NCBI RefSeq assembly: GCF_004010195.1
Contig: NC_057719.1
Location: 82,391,953-82,455,952, forward strand
Source of the DNA: Chiloscyllium plagiosum
Taxonomy: Eukaryota
Direction: 5' to 3'
DNA: 64,000 nt
The position numbers and the translations under genes were made by a program. This document shows positions 37,177-50,349 of this stretch, piece by piece. The stretch's first letter is position 1. Each line of letters begins with the position of its first letter. The notes beneath the pieces were generated by a model, which worked only from the letters and a program-made list of their open reading frames with translations, ran no database searches and was not told the origin of the DNA.

Positions 37177-38283
37177 TGTAACGGGATAAACCCTCCCTGC
37201 TAATTTAAATCTGCAACACAGAAATGATTTAACCCATGCTGTAATGTTAAAATTTGAGAGGCCAAGAACTATTCAAATGGTCACTATTTAAAATAAATGT
37301 TTACAACTTTATTTTACCTTAAAAGTCTAACATAAAATAATTAACAACTATTTAAAATTCCTTTCTCTAGCCTACCTTTTACTTTCCCTTTTATACTACT
37401 GGTCCGAAGAAACCTCTGATTAAGATTTACCAAAAAATTCAAATTTCAAAACCAGTCGAATTTTCTCTTTGCATCTTCCTCTGTCTTCTTTTCTTCTTCT
37501 TAAGGTTTCTATTACTCAGGTCATTGATAGATAAAGGTACTCAAAATTTGTGAGAAGATTTGTAGCTCGGGTGCTCATTGTTGTGGTTCTGTTCGCCAAG
37601 CTGGGAATTTGTTTTGCAGACATTTCATCCCCTGTTTAGGTGACATCCTCAGTGCTTAGTGTTTTGTGCAATCCTTGCATGGGATTTTGTACACTACGAT
37701 GGTTTTGCTCATGCTGGGTATCGGGTCCTTTGTCCTGATGAGTTGTTGTCTGAGAGTGGCTGTTGGTTTGCAACACAAATTCCCAGCTCGGCGAACAGAA
37801 CCACAACAACAGATAAAGGTACCTTTGAGAGAACTATTCTGCTGGTTGTCTGCATGTGTTGGTGGCTTGGTAGTTCTCCCCCAAAAGGGCCTGTTTCCAC
37901 ACTGTAATGTAATCTAATCTAATCTAATCTAAACAGATAAAGGTACCTTTGAGAGAACTATTCTGCTGGTTGTCTGCATGTGTTGGTGGCTTGGTAGTTC
38001 TCCCCCAACTGTTCAAATTGTTTAATATTTATACCCCAAAATGTCAGATTGTTTCTTTGGTCTTAATATTGTCAAAATACCAAATTCAAACTTGATTGGC
38101 GTTTGGTATTTTGGGGCATAATTCCAACTTATTGGCTGAATTTGAATTTGTTTTGTTTCGTAGTAACTCAGCCAGTGCTAGCAGCTGGACTAAATGTTAC
38201 ATTGTAAATCCTCCAGCACACTGTGTGCTTGCTAAGTCCTTCAACTCTCTTAAAGGTACAATACCCTTCACACCTTCATAACA
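37177..38283 (-). repeat. 5' LTR carrying two younger insertions
   Basis: tgtaacggg...ttcataaca; PLE family C at 37541-37810 (TSD agataaaggtac, HHR 37616-37655); CR1/HE1 tail at 37885-37931. Confidence 0.92.
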
Positions 38284-38618
38284 TCTGCCATCATCATTGC
38301 TTTCTAAATAAAAATCTTTTGATCTCTCCTTGCAAAGTAGCCCACTCACCGTTTCATATCCAAAGTCCATGGTCATGTTTTCACTTTTCAATCGATGCCG
38401 TTTGTTTCTCAGAACTCCACACTTGAACCCTTCCAAACCAGGGTTGCACCATGTCACAACCTCAAAGTAGCCCTTGTCAAACACCCTATGTGATTGTGAC
38501 CAAGGTAAATTATCCTCCCATGTCCCTCTTGACCTGTCTGCAGCCTTTAACCTGACTGACCTCACCATTCTCCTCCACATGAGCGGACACATGAAAACAC
38601 ACATATCATATGTGAAAT

Positions 38619-39250
38619 GTTAAAAATCACACAACACCAGGTTATAGTCCAACAGGTTTACTTGGAAGCACTAGCTTTCGGAGTGCCCCACCTTCATCAG
38701 GTGGCACAACCACCTGAAAGCTAGTGCTTGCAATTAAACCTGTTGGACTATAACCTGGTGTTGTGTGATTTTTAACTTTGTACACCCTAGTCTAACACTG
38801 GCATCTCCAAATCATAGAGTCATAGAGATGTACAGCATGGAAACAGACCCTTTGGTCCAACCCATCCATGCCGACCAGATATGCAAACCCAATCTAGTCC
38901 CACCTGCCAGCACCCGGCCCACATCCCTCCAAACCCTTCTTATTCATATACCTATCCAAATGCCTTTTAAATGTTACAATCATACCAGCCTCCACCACTT
39001 CCTTTGGCAGCTCATTCCATACACGTGCCACCCTCTGTGTGAAAAAGTTGGCCCTTAGGTCTCTTTTATATCTTTCCCCTCTCACCCTAAACCTATGCCC
39101 TCTAGTTCTGACTCCCTGACCCCAGGGAAAAGACTTTGTCTATTTATCCTATCCATGCCCCTCATGATTTTGTAAACCTCTATAAGGTCACACCTGAGCC
39201 TCCAACGCTCCAGGGAAAACAGCCCCAGCCTATTCAGCCTCTCCCTATAG
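38619..39250 (-). mobile_element. PLE family B foldback (38619-38776) joined to a CR1 3' end (~38810-39250)
   Basis: Inverted arms ~38619-38678 / 38718-38776; HHR 38669-38703; gtgaaatgt at 38612-38620 and 39252-39260. Confidence 0.85.
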
Positions 39251-40147
39251 CGTGAAATGTCCTCATGGAAATTGAACCCGTGCGTGAAAAAGTGCTTGTA
39301 CCACAGGCATCATTAGATGATGGCTTCCGTTCAATATGTTATTTAGTTGGATCAGACTGCTCTTGCTGGTTCCATCTTTACTGATCAAATCATAATGACT
39401 TCCAATGGCTTCTCTTCTCATTCCCGCACTGTGACTGTGCTATCACCCAAGGATCTATCATTGGCCCCATCCTACTTCTTGTCTTTCCCAAAGGGAGTAT
39501 TGTTTCTGCATTGCAAGTGTTAATCATGATATATTTTCAATCTGACCTTTTTTATGAGCTTTTTAGAGGCCTTCAGTGAACAGCAGAAGGTTTTTTTCTC
39601 AGCTCAGAAGCTTCTAAAGGAAATATACGCATTTTAAAAGGAGGATTTTGTTTGGATTGAAAAGCTGAACAGGTATTTTTTTTTTAAATGGGTTTTCATT
39701 TCGGGGAGTCCTCTGCGTGGTTGGCTCTGGAGAATACTATTTTTCTTTGAGGAATTTATTGAAGAGGACTCATTTTAATTCAAGTGGTTGGTTTTATTTA
39801 AGAATTTGTATGCCTGATTTTTAACAGAAAATATTTTGCATTTTAACATAAATTTCTGTAGGTAATCAAAGGCAGTTTATTTTATATATAAGGTGTTATT
39901 GAAAGTTTTTTTAGGCTTAATGTTATTAAGGGCATATTAGAGGTACAGAGTGAGATGGTTAGTAGATTTAGAGAAGCAATTACATTGCAAGATTAGTCAG
40001 ATAAATGGGTGACTGTCTGGAAAGGTAAGACGGTAGTTCAAAACTCTCCAGTGGCTATTGCTCTATCAAATAGATATTTCATTTTCGGTACTCTGAGGAA
40101 AGCAGAAGGGGCAGTAAGTTATTGGACACTAGGAATGATTCTTATGT

Positions 40148-41415
40148 TAGAGTCGAGAGTGTGGTGCTGAAAAGCACAGCATGTCTGGCAGTATCCGAGG
40201 AGCAGGAGAATTGATGTTTTGGGCAAAAGCCCTTCATCAGGAACGATGCTTATATCCCAAGCGGGTAGAGAGATAAATGGGAGGGGGTGGGGTGCTGAGG
40301 GAACGGTAGCTGAGAGTGCAATAGGTAGATGAAGGTGGGGGTAATGGTGAAGGGTTGGAAAGGAGGGTGGAGCGGATAGGTGGGAGGGAAGATGGACAGG
40401 TAGGATAGGTCATGAGGGCAGTGCTGAGTTAGAAGGTTGAATCTGGGATAAGGTGCGGGAAGTCAGGAAACTGGTGAAGTCCACATTAATCCTGTGTGGT
40501 TGGAGGGTCCCAAGGCAGAAGATGAGGCGTTCTTCCTCTAGGCATTGGATGGTTAGGGTTTGGCAATGGAGGAGGCCCAGCACCTGCATGTCCTTGGCGG
40601 AGTGGGGGGTGGTAGTTAAAGTGTTCGGCCACGGGGCAGTGGGGTTGCTTCGTGTGTGTGTCCCAGAGATATTCTCTGAAACATTCTGTAAGTACGCATC
40701 CTGTCTCCCCAGTGTAGAGAAGACCGCATCGGGAACAATGGATACAGTAAATAACGTGTGGAAGTGCAGGTAAATCTATGATGGATGTGGAAGGCTCCTT
40801 CGAGGCCTTGGATGGAGGTGGAGGGGAGAGTGAGTTGATGGGGTGGGGGGGGGAGAACGTGGACCTGACAAGAGAGTCATGGAGGCAATGGCCTTTACTG
40901 AAAGCGGATAGGGGAGGGGAAGGAAATATATCTGTGGTCATCGGGTCCATTTGTAGGTGGCGGAAATGGCAGAGGATGATACAATGTATCCAGAGGTTGG
41001 TGGTGTAGAAGGATGAGAACAAGGAGGTTTTGTCCTTGTTGCAGTTGGAGGTGTTGGGTTCAAGGGCAGAGGTGCAGGATGTGAATGAGATGCACTGAAA
41101 GGCCTCATTGACCAAGTGGGAGGGAAAATTGCAGTTTTTGAAGAAGGAGGCCATCTGGTGTGTTCTGTGGTGGAACTGGTCCTCCTGGGAGCAGATGCTG
41201 CGGAGGCGGAGGAATTAGGAATAAGGGATAGTGTTTTTTCAGGAGGCAGGGTATGAGAATGTGTAGTCCAGGTAGCTGTGGGAATCAGTGGGTTTATAGA
41301 TGATGCCCATGTTGAGTCAGTCACCGTTGATGGAGATGGAGAGGTCCAGGAAGGGGAGGGAGCGGTCTGAGATGGTTCAGGTGAACTTAAGGTCGGGGTG
41401 GAATGTGTTCGTGAA
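40148..41415 (-). mobile_element. PLE family A nested in CR1
   Basis: ORF 40486-41154 HVIYCIHCSRCGLLYTGETG; terminal repeat 40148-40243. Confidence 0.9.
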
Positions 41416-42267
41416 ATGATGCTTTTAGGGAAAAGATTAAAACTTTACTGAGTGAATTTAAAAGGTTAGTTAGAAGATTTAAAATAGAAACTTAACAGTA
41501 GTAATCTCTGGTTTACTCCCAATGCCAAACTCAATTGAGAGAAAGATCAAAAGGATACAGGAAATAAATTAATGGGTGAAGAGGTGGTGCATTGTGCAGG
41601 AATTCATTATTTTGGACACTTAGAATATCTTCTGGGACAGAAAAGACCTGTTCAAAAAGGAGGGATTTAACCTGAATTGGAAAGGGATCAATACCTCAGC
41701 AGAGGAGATTTGCTAGTTCCATTAAGGGAGATGTTATATTGATAGAGAGATGGGATGGAGGAATTCTAAGTAGGAGTATAAATAGAAAGAATGATGGAGA
41801 AGGTACTGAATGTGAACAGAGCAAGTCAATTAGAAAAGAAAGACAAGAGAGAGTCAGAGTGTGTTTATAACTCTGAAGAACTAAATTGCTTTATCTCAGT
41901 ACAAGGGGTCTTACAGATAAGGCTGATGAACTCAGAGCATTTTTAAGATCATGGGATTGGGACATCATAACTATTTAAGAAACTTGACTAACAGATGGAC
42001 AGGATTGGCAGTTCAATGTTCGAGGTTTTAGTGTTATAGGAAGAATAGGAAAGGAGGTTAAAAAAAAAAGGAGGGCAGTGATGTTTTTGATTTAAAAATA
42101 CATTACTACTGTAACTAGGGAAGATATTTCCAAAACATCATCCAGTGAAAATATATGGGTAGAAATTAGAAATAAGAAAGGAAAGATCACCTTGATGGGA
42201 CAGTAATGTAGGCCCCCTCAATAAGCAGAGGGTGAGAAACAAATATGTCAGGAGATCTCAGCTATAT

Positions 42268-42685
42268 TATGATGTGGAAGTGTTGGATGAGGTGGGCAAG
42301 GTCAGAGGTCACATGACACGGGTTATAGTCCAACAGGTTTATTTGAAATCATAAGCTTTTGGAGCACTGAAGTGAAGCACAAAGGCACAGATTTTATAGG
42401 CAGAGATCAAAAGTACAAGCAGTTTGAGTGGAGTGTCCACAGGCTGAATAACGAGTCTCTGCAGGTCATCAAAAGTATCAGATGGTGTGAGTAAAGTGTC
42501 AACAGCTGAATAGCAAGTGAAGGGATGACCTATGATCAGATTAACTGAGGCGGAGAGATAATTGTAAAACATTTAAAATAAAATGGTGCTGGAGACAAAC
42601 CAAATGGCTAGAATAACATGAGATGTATACGAGTCACAAGAAGAGGGCCTAACCAAAGTAACAAGTAAAGCAAAACTGTAAAATC
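42268..42685 (-). mobile_element. PLE family B-related 3' fragment nested in CR1
   Basis: ggttatagtccaacaggtttatttg...agcttttggagcactg resembles the family B terminal repeat. Confidence 0.6.
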
Positions 42686-43738
42686 TCTGGGACCTGATTT
42701 AATGTATCCCAGAACATTGTGGGAAGTGAGGGAAGAAATTGCGAGACCCCTTGCAGAAAGTTTTGCGTCATCTATAACAATGACTGAGGTGCCGGATGAC
42801 TGGAGAGTGGTGAATGTTGTATCTTTGTTTAAGAAAGGTTGTAAGGAGAAACTGGGGAACTATAGACCTGTGAGTCTGACTTTGGTTTGGGTAAATTTTT
42901 GGAGGTGATTTTGAAAGATAGGATTTATGGACACTTAGAGAGGCAAAAATTGATTAGGGATAGTCAGCATGGTTTTGTGCAAAGAAAATCATGCCTCATA
43001 AACTTGATTGAGTTCTTTGAAGAAGTCACCAAAACGATTGATGAGCGCAGAGCAATAGACATTGTTTACTTGGACTTTAGTAAAGCTTTCAACAAGGTTC
43101 CACATGGTAGATTAATTAGTAAAGTTGGTCACATGGAAATCAGGGTGAGCTTGCCAATTGGATACATAATTGACTTATAGGCAGGAGACAGAAAGTGGGG
43201 GTGGAGGATTTTTTTTTTAACTGGAGGTCTGTCACCAGCAGAGTTCCACATGGACTGGTTTTGGGTCCTCTTTTGTTTGCCATTTATATAAATGAATTAG
43301 ATGAGAATATAGAAGGCGTGGTTAGTAAACTTGTGGATGACACCAAAATTGGTGGCATGTAGACAGTGAAGGAGGTTTTCTAAGATTACAAAGGGACTTT
43401 GATCAAATAGGTCAATGGGTTGAGCAGTAGCAGATGGGAGTTCAATCTGGAAAAATGCGAGGTATTTCATTTTTGTAAAAAAACACAAGGGTAGGACTTG
43501 CACAATTAATAGAAGGGCATTGGATAGAGCTGGAGAGCAGGGGAACCTAGGGATTCAGGTGCATAATTCTTTGGAGTTTCCATCACAAATAGACAGTGTG
43601 GTTAAAAGGAACTTAGTGTGCTTGCCTTCATTGCTCAGTCTTTTGAGTATAGGAATTGGGAAGTCTTGTTCCGGTTGTAAAGGACATTGGTGCAGCCGCT
43701 TCTGGAGTACTGTGTCCAGTTCTGATGGCCCGGTTATG

Positions 43739-43993
43739 ATTAGATTAGATGAGATTCCCTACAGTGTGGAAACAAGCCCTTCAGCCCAACAAGTCCACAC
43801 CGACCCTCCAAAGAGTAACCCCCCCCCCCGCCGACTAATGCACCTTACAACTATGGGCAATTTAGTATGGCCAATTCACCTGACCTGCACATCTTTGGAA
43901 TGTGGGAGGAAACCGGAGCACAACAACTCATCAGGACAAAGGAGGGACCCTGGCACTGTGAGGCAGCAGTGCTAACCACTGAGCCACCATGCC
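43739..43993 (-). mobile_element. HE1-type SINE nested in CR1
   Basis: (TAGAT)n tail, V-domain, tRNA-like head. Confidence 0.85.
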
Positions 43994-45499
43994 ATCTCCA
44001 AAGGAAGGATATTATTAAGCTGGATAGGGTTCAAAAGAGATTTACCAGGATATTGCCAGGTATGGAAGGTTTGCCTTATAAAGAAAGGCTGGATAGGCTG
44101 GGACTTTTTTCACTGGATCGTAGAAGGTTGAGAGGCGATCTTATAGAAGTTTATAAAATAACGAGAGGTATAGATAGCGTTAAAAGTAGTTTCTTTTCCC
44201 TAGAATGATGGATTTCAAGACTAGGGGGTATATTTTTAAGGTGAGAGGAGAGAGATTTAAAAAAAACATGAGTAAAAACTTATTTACATAGAGGGTGGTT
44301 CACGTGTGGAACGAACTTCCTGAGGAAGTGCTGATTGTGGGTAGAGTTACAATGTTTAAAATAAATTTGGATAAGTACATGAATAGGAAAGGTTTGGAGG
44401 GATATGGGCCAGGAGCAGGCAGGTAAGACTAGTTTAGTTTGGGATTATAATCAGCCTGGACTGGTTGGACTGGAGGGTCTGCTTCCGTGCTGTAGGACTC
44501 TATGACACCATCTGTAAACATTGCAAGTTTTCATATTTACCCCAATTGGCACCCTCATCACTACCTCTCCTGAATTCTCCAGTGTCTATACATTGTCAGA
44601 TGTTCAGTATTGGATGTGCAGGGATTTCCTCCAACTGTTGGGGAAGACCAGAGTCGTGGTCTTTAGTTTCTAATACAAATTTCTTTCTCTAAGCACTGCC
44701 TCCAACTTTCTCCATGGCAACAACCTGGGGCTGAGCCAAGTTGTTTGCAATCTCAATATTTGGTTCGACAGTAAAATGAGTACCTAACCACAGCCCTGCA
44801 ATGTCGTTAAGACCATCTATTTCCACCTCTGTAACAGTGCCAAATTTGATCCTATCTCATTTCACTTGCTGCTGAAACCCACTTCCACACTTTTGTCACT
44901 ACCTCCATACTGAATGATTCCAACACATTTCTGGTCCACCTGCCATCATTTATGATATCCCCCTCCCATCATCACATAAACTGGACGCCATCTCATCCTC
45001 AACTTGCACCAAGTCTTGTTGCCTGTGCCTTTTGCTCATTGACACACCATTAGCTTTCCTTTGAGCAATCGTTGCACTTTAAAATCCTCATCCTGGTTTC
45101 TAAAACCCTGCATGGTCTCTCCCTCCCTATCTCTGTAATCTCCTCCAGCCCCATGACCCTCCGAGATATCACATTTTCAAATTCTGACTTCTTGAGCATC
45201 CCCTGTTTTAATCGATTTATGATTAGTGGCTGTGCCTTTAGCTGATGGGTCCCTAAGAGCCGGGATTCCATCCTCAGAAATTTTTTTATACCTCTTCCCT
45301 CCTTTGAGACTTTTCTGAAATTTTACATCTTTGGCAAACCTTAATGGCCCCCTGTCCCAATATTTCCTTATGCGGTTCAATATCAATCTTTGTCCAATTA
45401 TGTTTCAATGGACATCTTACTAATTTTAAGCTGCAGTCTAAATACAAGTTATCACTCACTCCCAGAGATGAAGTTCACCTATTTTCAGAATCAGCTTTG

Positions 45500-46037
45500 T
45501 CACAAGATGGCTGCAGAGTAGGATGCTCCAGTTGGAGTTCATCTGTTCCCCCCCCTTTCTTTTTCTTTTCTTTCTCCTTCTTTTCCTCTTTTTCTTCTCC
45601 TCTTCTGTCTTCTGGGACTCTTGGACTCTCAGCCTCAGACACCTGGACCTGGCCTCTGCCTCCCAGCTGCTGAAGCAGGATCGGTGTCCTGGAGCGGGTA
45701 TGTCAAAGACCAACAGTCTGGACAGGGGATGCCAAAAGGCCGGAACACGGACTCCAGCGACCAGCAGCCCAGAGCAGAGCAGGGCAGTGGCCCGGTGTGG
45801 AGTGTGACGGCAGCCAGCGGTCAGAACACGTGGAGGCCCCCTGCACTGGAATGCTGCAGAGAGTCCTTGGAGAAAGACAGAGTTTCTCCTTTTAACTTCG
45901 CTTCTTGTTTTTCTGACCTATAGTTATACGGTGTATAGCTGTAATGTAACTGTTTTTCTTTGTTTCTCTATTCTGTAACTAACTATTCACTGCACTTATT
46001 TGAATACACGTGACAATAAAGCTAATTCTTATTCTAA
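45500..46037 (+). mobile_element. GC-rich non-autonomous element with Rex1-like 3' end
   Basis: Starts caagatggc; ends cacgtgacaataaagctaattcttattct; similar tails at ~51600-51680 and ~56010-56090. Confidence 0.5.
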
Positions 46038-46679
46038 TTAGATGGTACCGATACACCTCAGAACAATTCAGAGAGTCTCCAATGTCTCGATCAGTGTGTT
46101 GCTTCCTCAACCTATGCCATAACAATAGGATTACTGTTTGGGCCAAATGTTGTGGAGAGGGAAGAAGCCAGCCTCTGGAGCCAAAAGTAGGAGGAGACTT
46201 TGGGACCCCGAGGTGGTATATGGCTAGGGACAGCATCTAATTAAGGGCGGCAGCCAGAATGCAAGAGTGTCCAGACTGGCAGGTCAGTCCACTCCATGGC
46301 AGTGATCCTGCTAGGTCAGGGTGCATCAATTGGCTTAGGGCCTCCAAAAGAGACGTTTGGGGTTAAGGAAGCCATGGTCAGACTGACTACATTGCCACAA
46401 TGGTGACCATTGCTGACGAGGCTTATTCCATAGCCACGGAGTGTCCATAATGGAGAACCACACTCCACCCTACACAGAGCCCTTTTGTAGAACATCAGGT
46501 TTACCTGTCAGTCTCCCCACATATTGCTAGGCCTGCCCTGTGCAGGCAAAATGCTCATAGGGTTGAAAAGTGGCCCTTAAGTAGGCACTAAAGCTGGATC
46601 CTTGGCAAGAAGCCAAACTGCCAACGTTCCCCACTGCTGGCAAAATGGAAGTGATAGGAAGACGTTCGGCACCCCTCCA

Positions 46680-47563
46680 GATGATTTTTATAAATGACTT
46701 GGATGAGGAAGTGGAAGGGCGGGTAAGTTTGCCGATTACACGTAGTAGAGTTGTTGGTAATGTGGAAGAGCTGTTGTAGGTTGCAACGGGACACTAACAG
46801 GACGCAGAGCTGGGCAGAGAAGTGGCAGATGGAGTTCAACCTGGCAAAGTGTGAAGTGATTCATTTTGGAAGGTCAAATTTGAATGCAAATTACACGGAT
46901 AAAGATAGGATTCTTGGCAATATAGAGGAACAGAGGGATCTTGGAGTCCATGCCCATAGATCCCTCAAAGTTGCCACCTAAGTTGATAGCGTTGTTAAGA
47001 AGGCGCATGGTACAGCTCTATAGCCCTGATTAGACCACAATTGGAATATTGTGTGCAGTTTTGGTTGCCTCATTATAGGAAAGATGTGGAAGCTTTACAG
47101 GGTGCAGAGGAGACTTACCAGGATGCTGCCTGGACTGGAGGCCCCATGTCTTATGAAGAAAGGTTGAGGGCTTTTATCACTGGAGCGAAGAAGGATGAGA
47201 GGTGACTTGAAAGAGGTGTACAAGATGATAAGGCATAGAGTGGATAGCCAGAGACTTTTTTCCCTAGGGCAGAAACGGCTATCACAAGGGTGCATAATTT
47301 TAAGGTGACTGGAGGAAGGGTTAGGGAAGATGTCAGAGTTAGGTTCTTTACATAGAGAATGATGGGTGCCTGGAATGCACTGCGAATAATGGGTGGTGGA
47401 GTCAGATACTTTAGGGATATTTAAGCAACTCTTGGATAGGCACATTGTTGGTAGTAACAATGAAGGGTATGCAGGTTAGTTTGACCTTAGAGTAGGATAA
47501 AAGGTCGGCACAAAATGCGCGGGGCTGAAGGGCCTGTACTGTGCTGTACTGTTCTATGTTCTA
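46680..47563 (+). mobile_element. CR1 LINE 3' part
   Basis: WAEKWQMEFNLAKCEVIHFG; tail tgttctatgttctatg. Confidence 0.92.
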
Positions 47564-48477
47564 TGCCTTCCTGATTCACGTTTTTCAGCCTTTCTGTCAC
47601 CAAACAGCCTGGAAAAAATCTGTCTTTTGAGACAGACGCTTTGTGCTGTTTACTCACATCGGATTACAAAAAGCAATTAATTACATTTACTTTGGGACAT
47701 TCTGAGAGAGATATAAAGGCACTTCATAAATGCAAATTAGTTTTTTTAATGAATGGAGTTGTTATAATCTCCATTGCCTGAAAAGAAGGTAGAGGCAGAT
47801 TCATTGATAAAAAGTAATTGTGTAAACACTTTAAGGAGAGAAAAGAAATAGCAGGGGAGTAGGATTAATCAAATAACCTCCCCAAAGAACCAGTATAGTA
47901 CAATGGGAATGCTCATGTACCAAGAATGATTTATTTATTGAAGTTGTGTCTGACCTAATTGGAAAGTGTCAGGCCTGCAAATATCTGATTCTCAATCAGA
48001 CTGAAACCAATTAGACAGGAAGTGAGTTTGATATTTATTCAGTCGTGTGAACAGTTGCCAGATGAGACTTGAAGGGGGACCCATCAATCTCTCAGAACGA
48101 GAGTGAGCAGGTTGCCACTCCTGTTGCATTTCTCAGACTGCAGATCACACTGGTCAACCGTTCTTATCTGAACAGCACTTGATCTTCCTCAATAACCTCA
48201 GCAGTCAGCAGAAGAGGTCTTGTGGGTTTGCAAATGCGGCTGGCTTGATCAACAATGGACATCAAGAATACTGGATCTTGTGCTGCCTGCATTCAGTCAA
48301 TGATCCTCCACTTAAGCAACTTTGGGCAGTGTGCAGCAAGATGGCAGCCCAGGGTCAAGACTGCAAACTTGGTTGGTAACAGCTCACACCATACCTGAGC
48401 AGCGCAACTACAGTTGAAGCCAGGGACAAAAGCAAGGCTTTTATGGAGGACAAAACAGAAAAAGCAAAGCAGAGGTT

Positions 48478-49320
48478 TTGATTTGATTTGATTTATTATT
48501 GTCACATGCACCTAGGTACAGTGGAACGTTCTGTTTTGTGTGAATTACAGGTAATCATACCATACAAAGTGCATTTGAGGTATCGAACAGACTGAAGAAT
48601 ATAATTTTACAGCTGCATAGAAGCTGCACAAAGAGTGAGATCAACATTAATTTGCAAGGTCCATTCAGAAGTCTGATAACAGCAGCACAGAAGCTGTTCT
48701 TGTATCTGCTGGTCCATGTGTTTAAGCTTCTGTATCTTCCACCTGACGGTAGAGAATGGAAGAGATTACAACCGGGGTGGGAGTAACCTTTGATAATGTC
48801 GGCTGCCTTCCCGAGGCAGTGAGAAGTACAGATGGAGTCAATGGCTGGAGGGTTGGCTTGTGTAATGAACTGGGCTATGTTCACAACTCTCTGTAGTTTC
48901 TTACGGTCCTGGGCATCATACTAAGCCGTGGTGCCTCTGAACAGGATGCTTTCTATGGTGTATCTATAAAAATTGGTAAGAGTCCTTATGGACATGCCAC
49001 ATTTCCTTAGCCTCCTGAGGAAGTAGAAGCGTTGTTGTGCTTTCTTGGCCACAGAATGAATGTAGCTGGACCAGGACAGATTGTTGGTGACTGTCACTCC
49101 TAGGAACTTGATACTTTCAACCATCTCCACCTCAGCTTCATTGATGTAGACAGCAGCGTGCCCTCCACCTTTCTTTCTAGAATCAATGATCAGCTCTTTT
49201 GCTGAAGTTGAGGGAGAAATTATCTTTACACCATGCCACCAAGCACTCTATCTCTTTCCTACATTCTGTCTCATCATTGTTTGAGATTCAGCCTACAATG
49301 ATGGTGCTATCAGCGAATTT
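48478..49320 (-). mobile_element. Rex1/Babar 3' part
   Basis: ORFs 48921-49130 (KFLGVTVTNNLSWS..KKAQQRFYFLRRLRK) and 48555-48884; (ATTTG)n tail. Confidence 0.92.
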
Positions 49321-50349
49321 GATGCAGGTCTTCTTCTGTCTGGCTGAGAGGCCTCAGTTAAACATCTCATTCAGCACTGGTTTAACATCTCATCCGGAGA
49401 GTAGTTCTCATTTCTGCACCCTAGAGTGCCAGTCCACATTTTGTGCTCTAGTTGCTGGAGTCAGTCTTGAAGATATGATTGTCTTAATCAAAGGCTATGT
49501 ACTGAGCCATGGCTGACATACGCAATTTGCATTTCAGACAGATCTGAGGAAAATACTACCTTCAGAGGCTAAGAATTTCACCTAAGTTGGTTCATGAAGC
49601 TCGTCAGGCACTCAAGGCTGTTTCGTCAGTGATTTAAATCATGGCTGAAAAAAAGTCACTTCTATTATTACTTTTGAAATGTTGCCAAGAGACTGAGGGC
49701 ATTAAAATGATGAAACAAGAAGTTTCAAAAGGCATTTTGATCGCTTTGCCTTCCCCTTGCCAAAATATTTATACAAGAATAAATCAAAATGAATTTTTGA
49801 AACACAATTAGAATACTTGCATATTGGCAGTGGAGTGAGAGAAACATAAACTGAAATGGGAGGAGTTTGAATACTCACTTCCAACTATATGACATGGAAA
49901 TGTGCTTTGTGTTTAGGTCTGAAATGTGACTAAGGACGGATGTACAATGTCGAAGAATTTTTTTTTAGAAAACTGCCAGTAGATTTCTCTTGGCCTCATT
50001 CACAGAAGGTCAATAAACTATGGAATGCTCCACCAAATCCTTACTATCCACCATCTGGGGACTGCAATTCCAAAGTGTGAGCAGCAGAAAGATGACAGAA
50101 TCAGGGTATGACTTCTTCCTCACCATGTTCAGGTTACTGAAACCACAGCTGACCCAAATTAAACAGAGAATGCTGGAGAAACTTAACAGTTTGTGATGAG
50201 AGAAACAGAGTTAATGTTTAGCGCTAGTATGACTTTTCTTCAGAGCTGTGAATTCCGTGTTTGTATTAGATTCTGTTTTTGTTGAGGATGGTCTTTGCCT
50301 TAACTTGTATGCTACAAAAGTAACTTGTTCAGACCTTGCTGCACATAGA

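Larger units (their letters stand above)
32906..38283 (-). mobile_element. Gmr1-type Gypsy LTR retrotransposon, internally deleted
   Basis: Two TG...CA LTRs, PBS, PPT, gag with CCHC, then protease remnant, integrase, RNase H; RT absent. Confidence 0.92.
39490..44506 (+). mobile_element. Near full-length decayed CR1 LINE (ORF1 esterase, APE endonuclease, RT, 3' tail)
   Basis: VVISGLLP esterase region (~41500-41720); DKADELRA..WDWDII APE (~41880-42260); RT 42702-43700; tail ends at 44506. Confidence 0.88.
32600..45400 (+). mobile_element. Ancient L2 LINE broken into four colinear pieces by younger insertions
   Basis: Pieces at ~32600-32905, 38284-38580 (LDLSAAF), 39340-39485 (TQGSIIGPILL) and 44507-45400 (KTIYFHL, AAET), in RT order. 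Confidence 0.7.
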
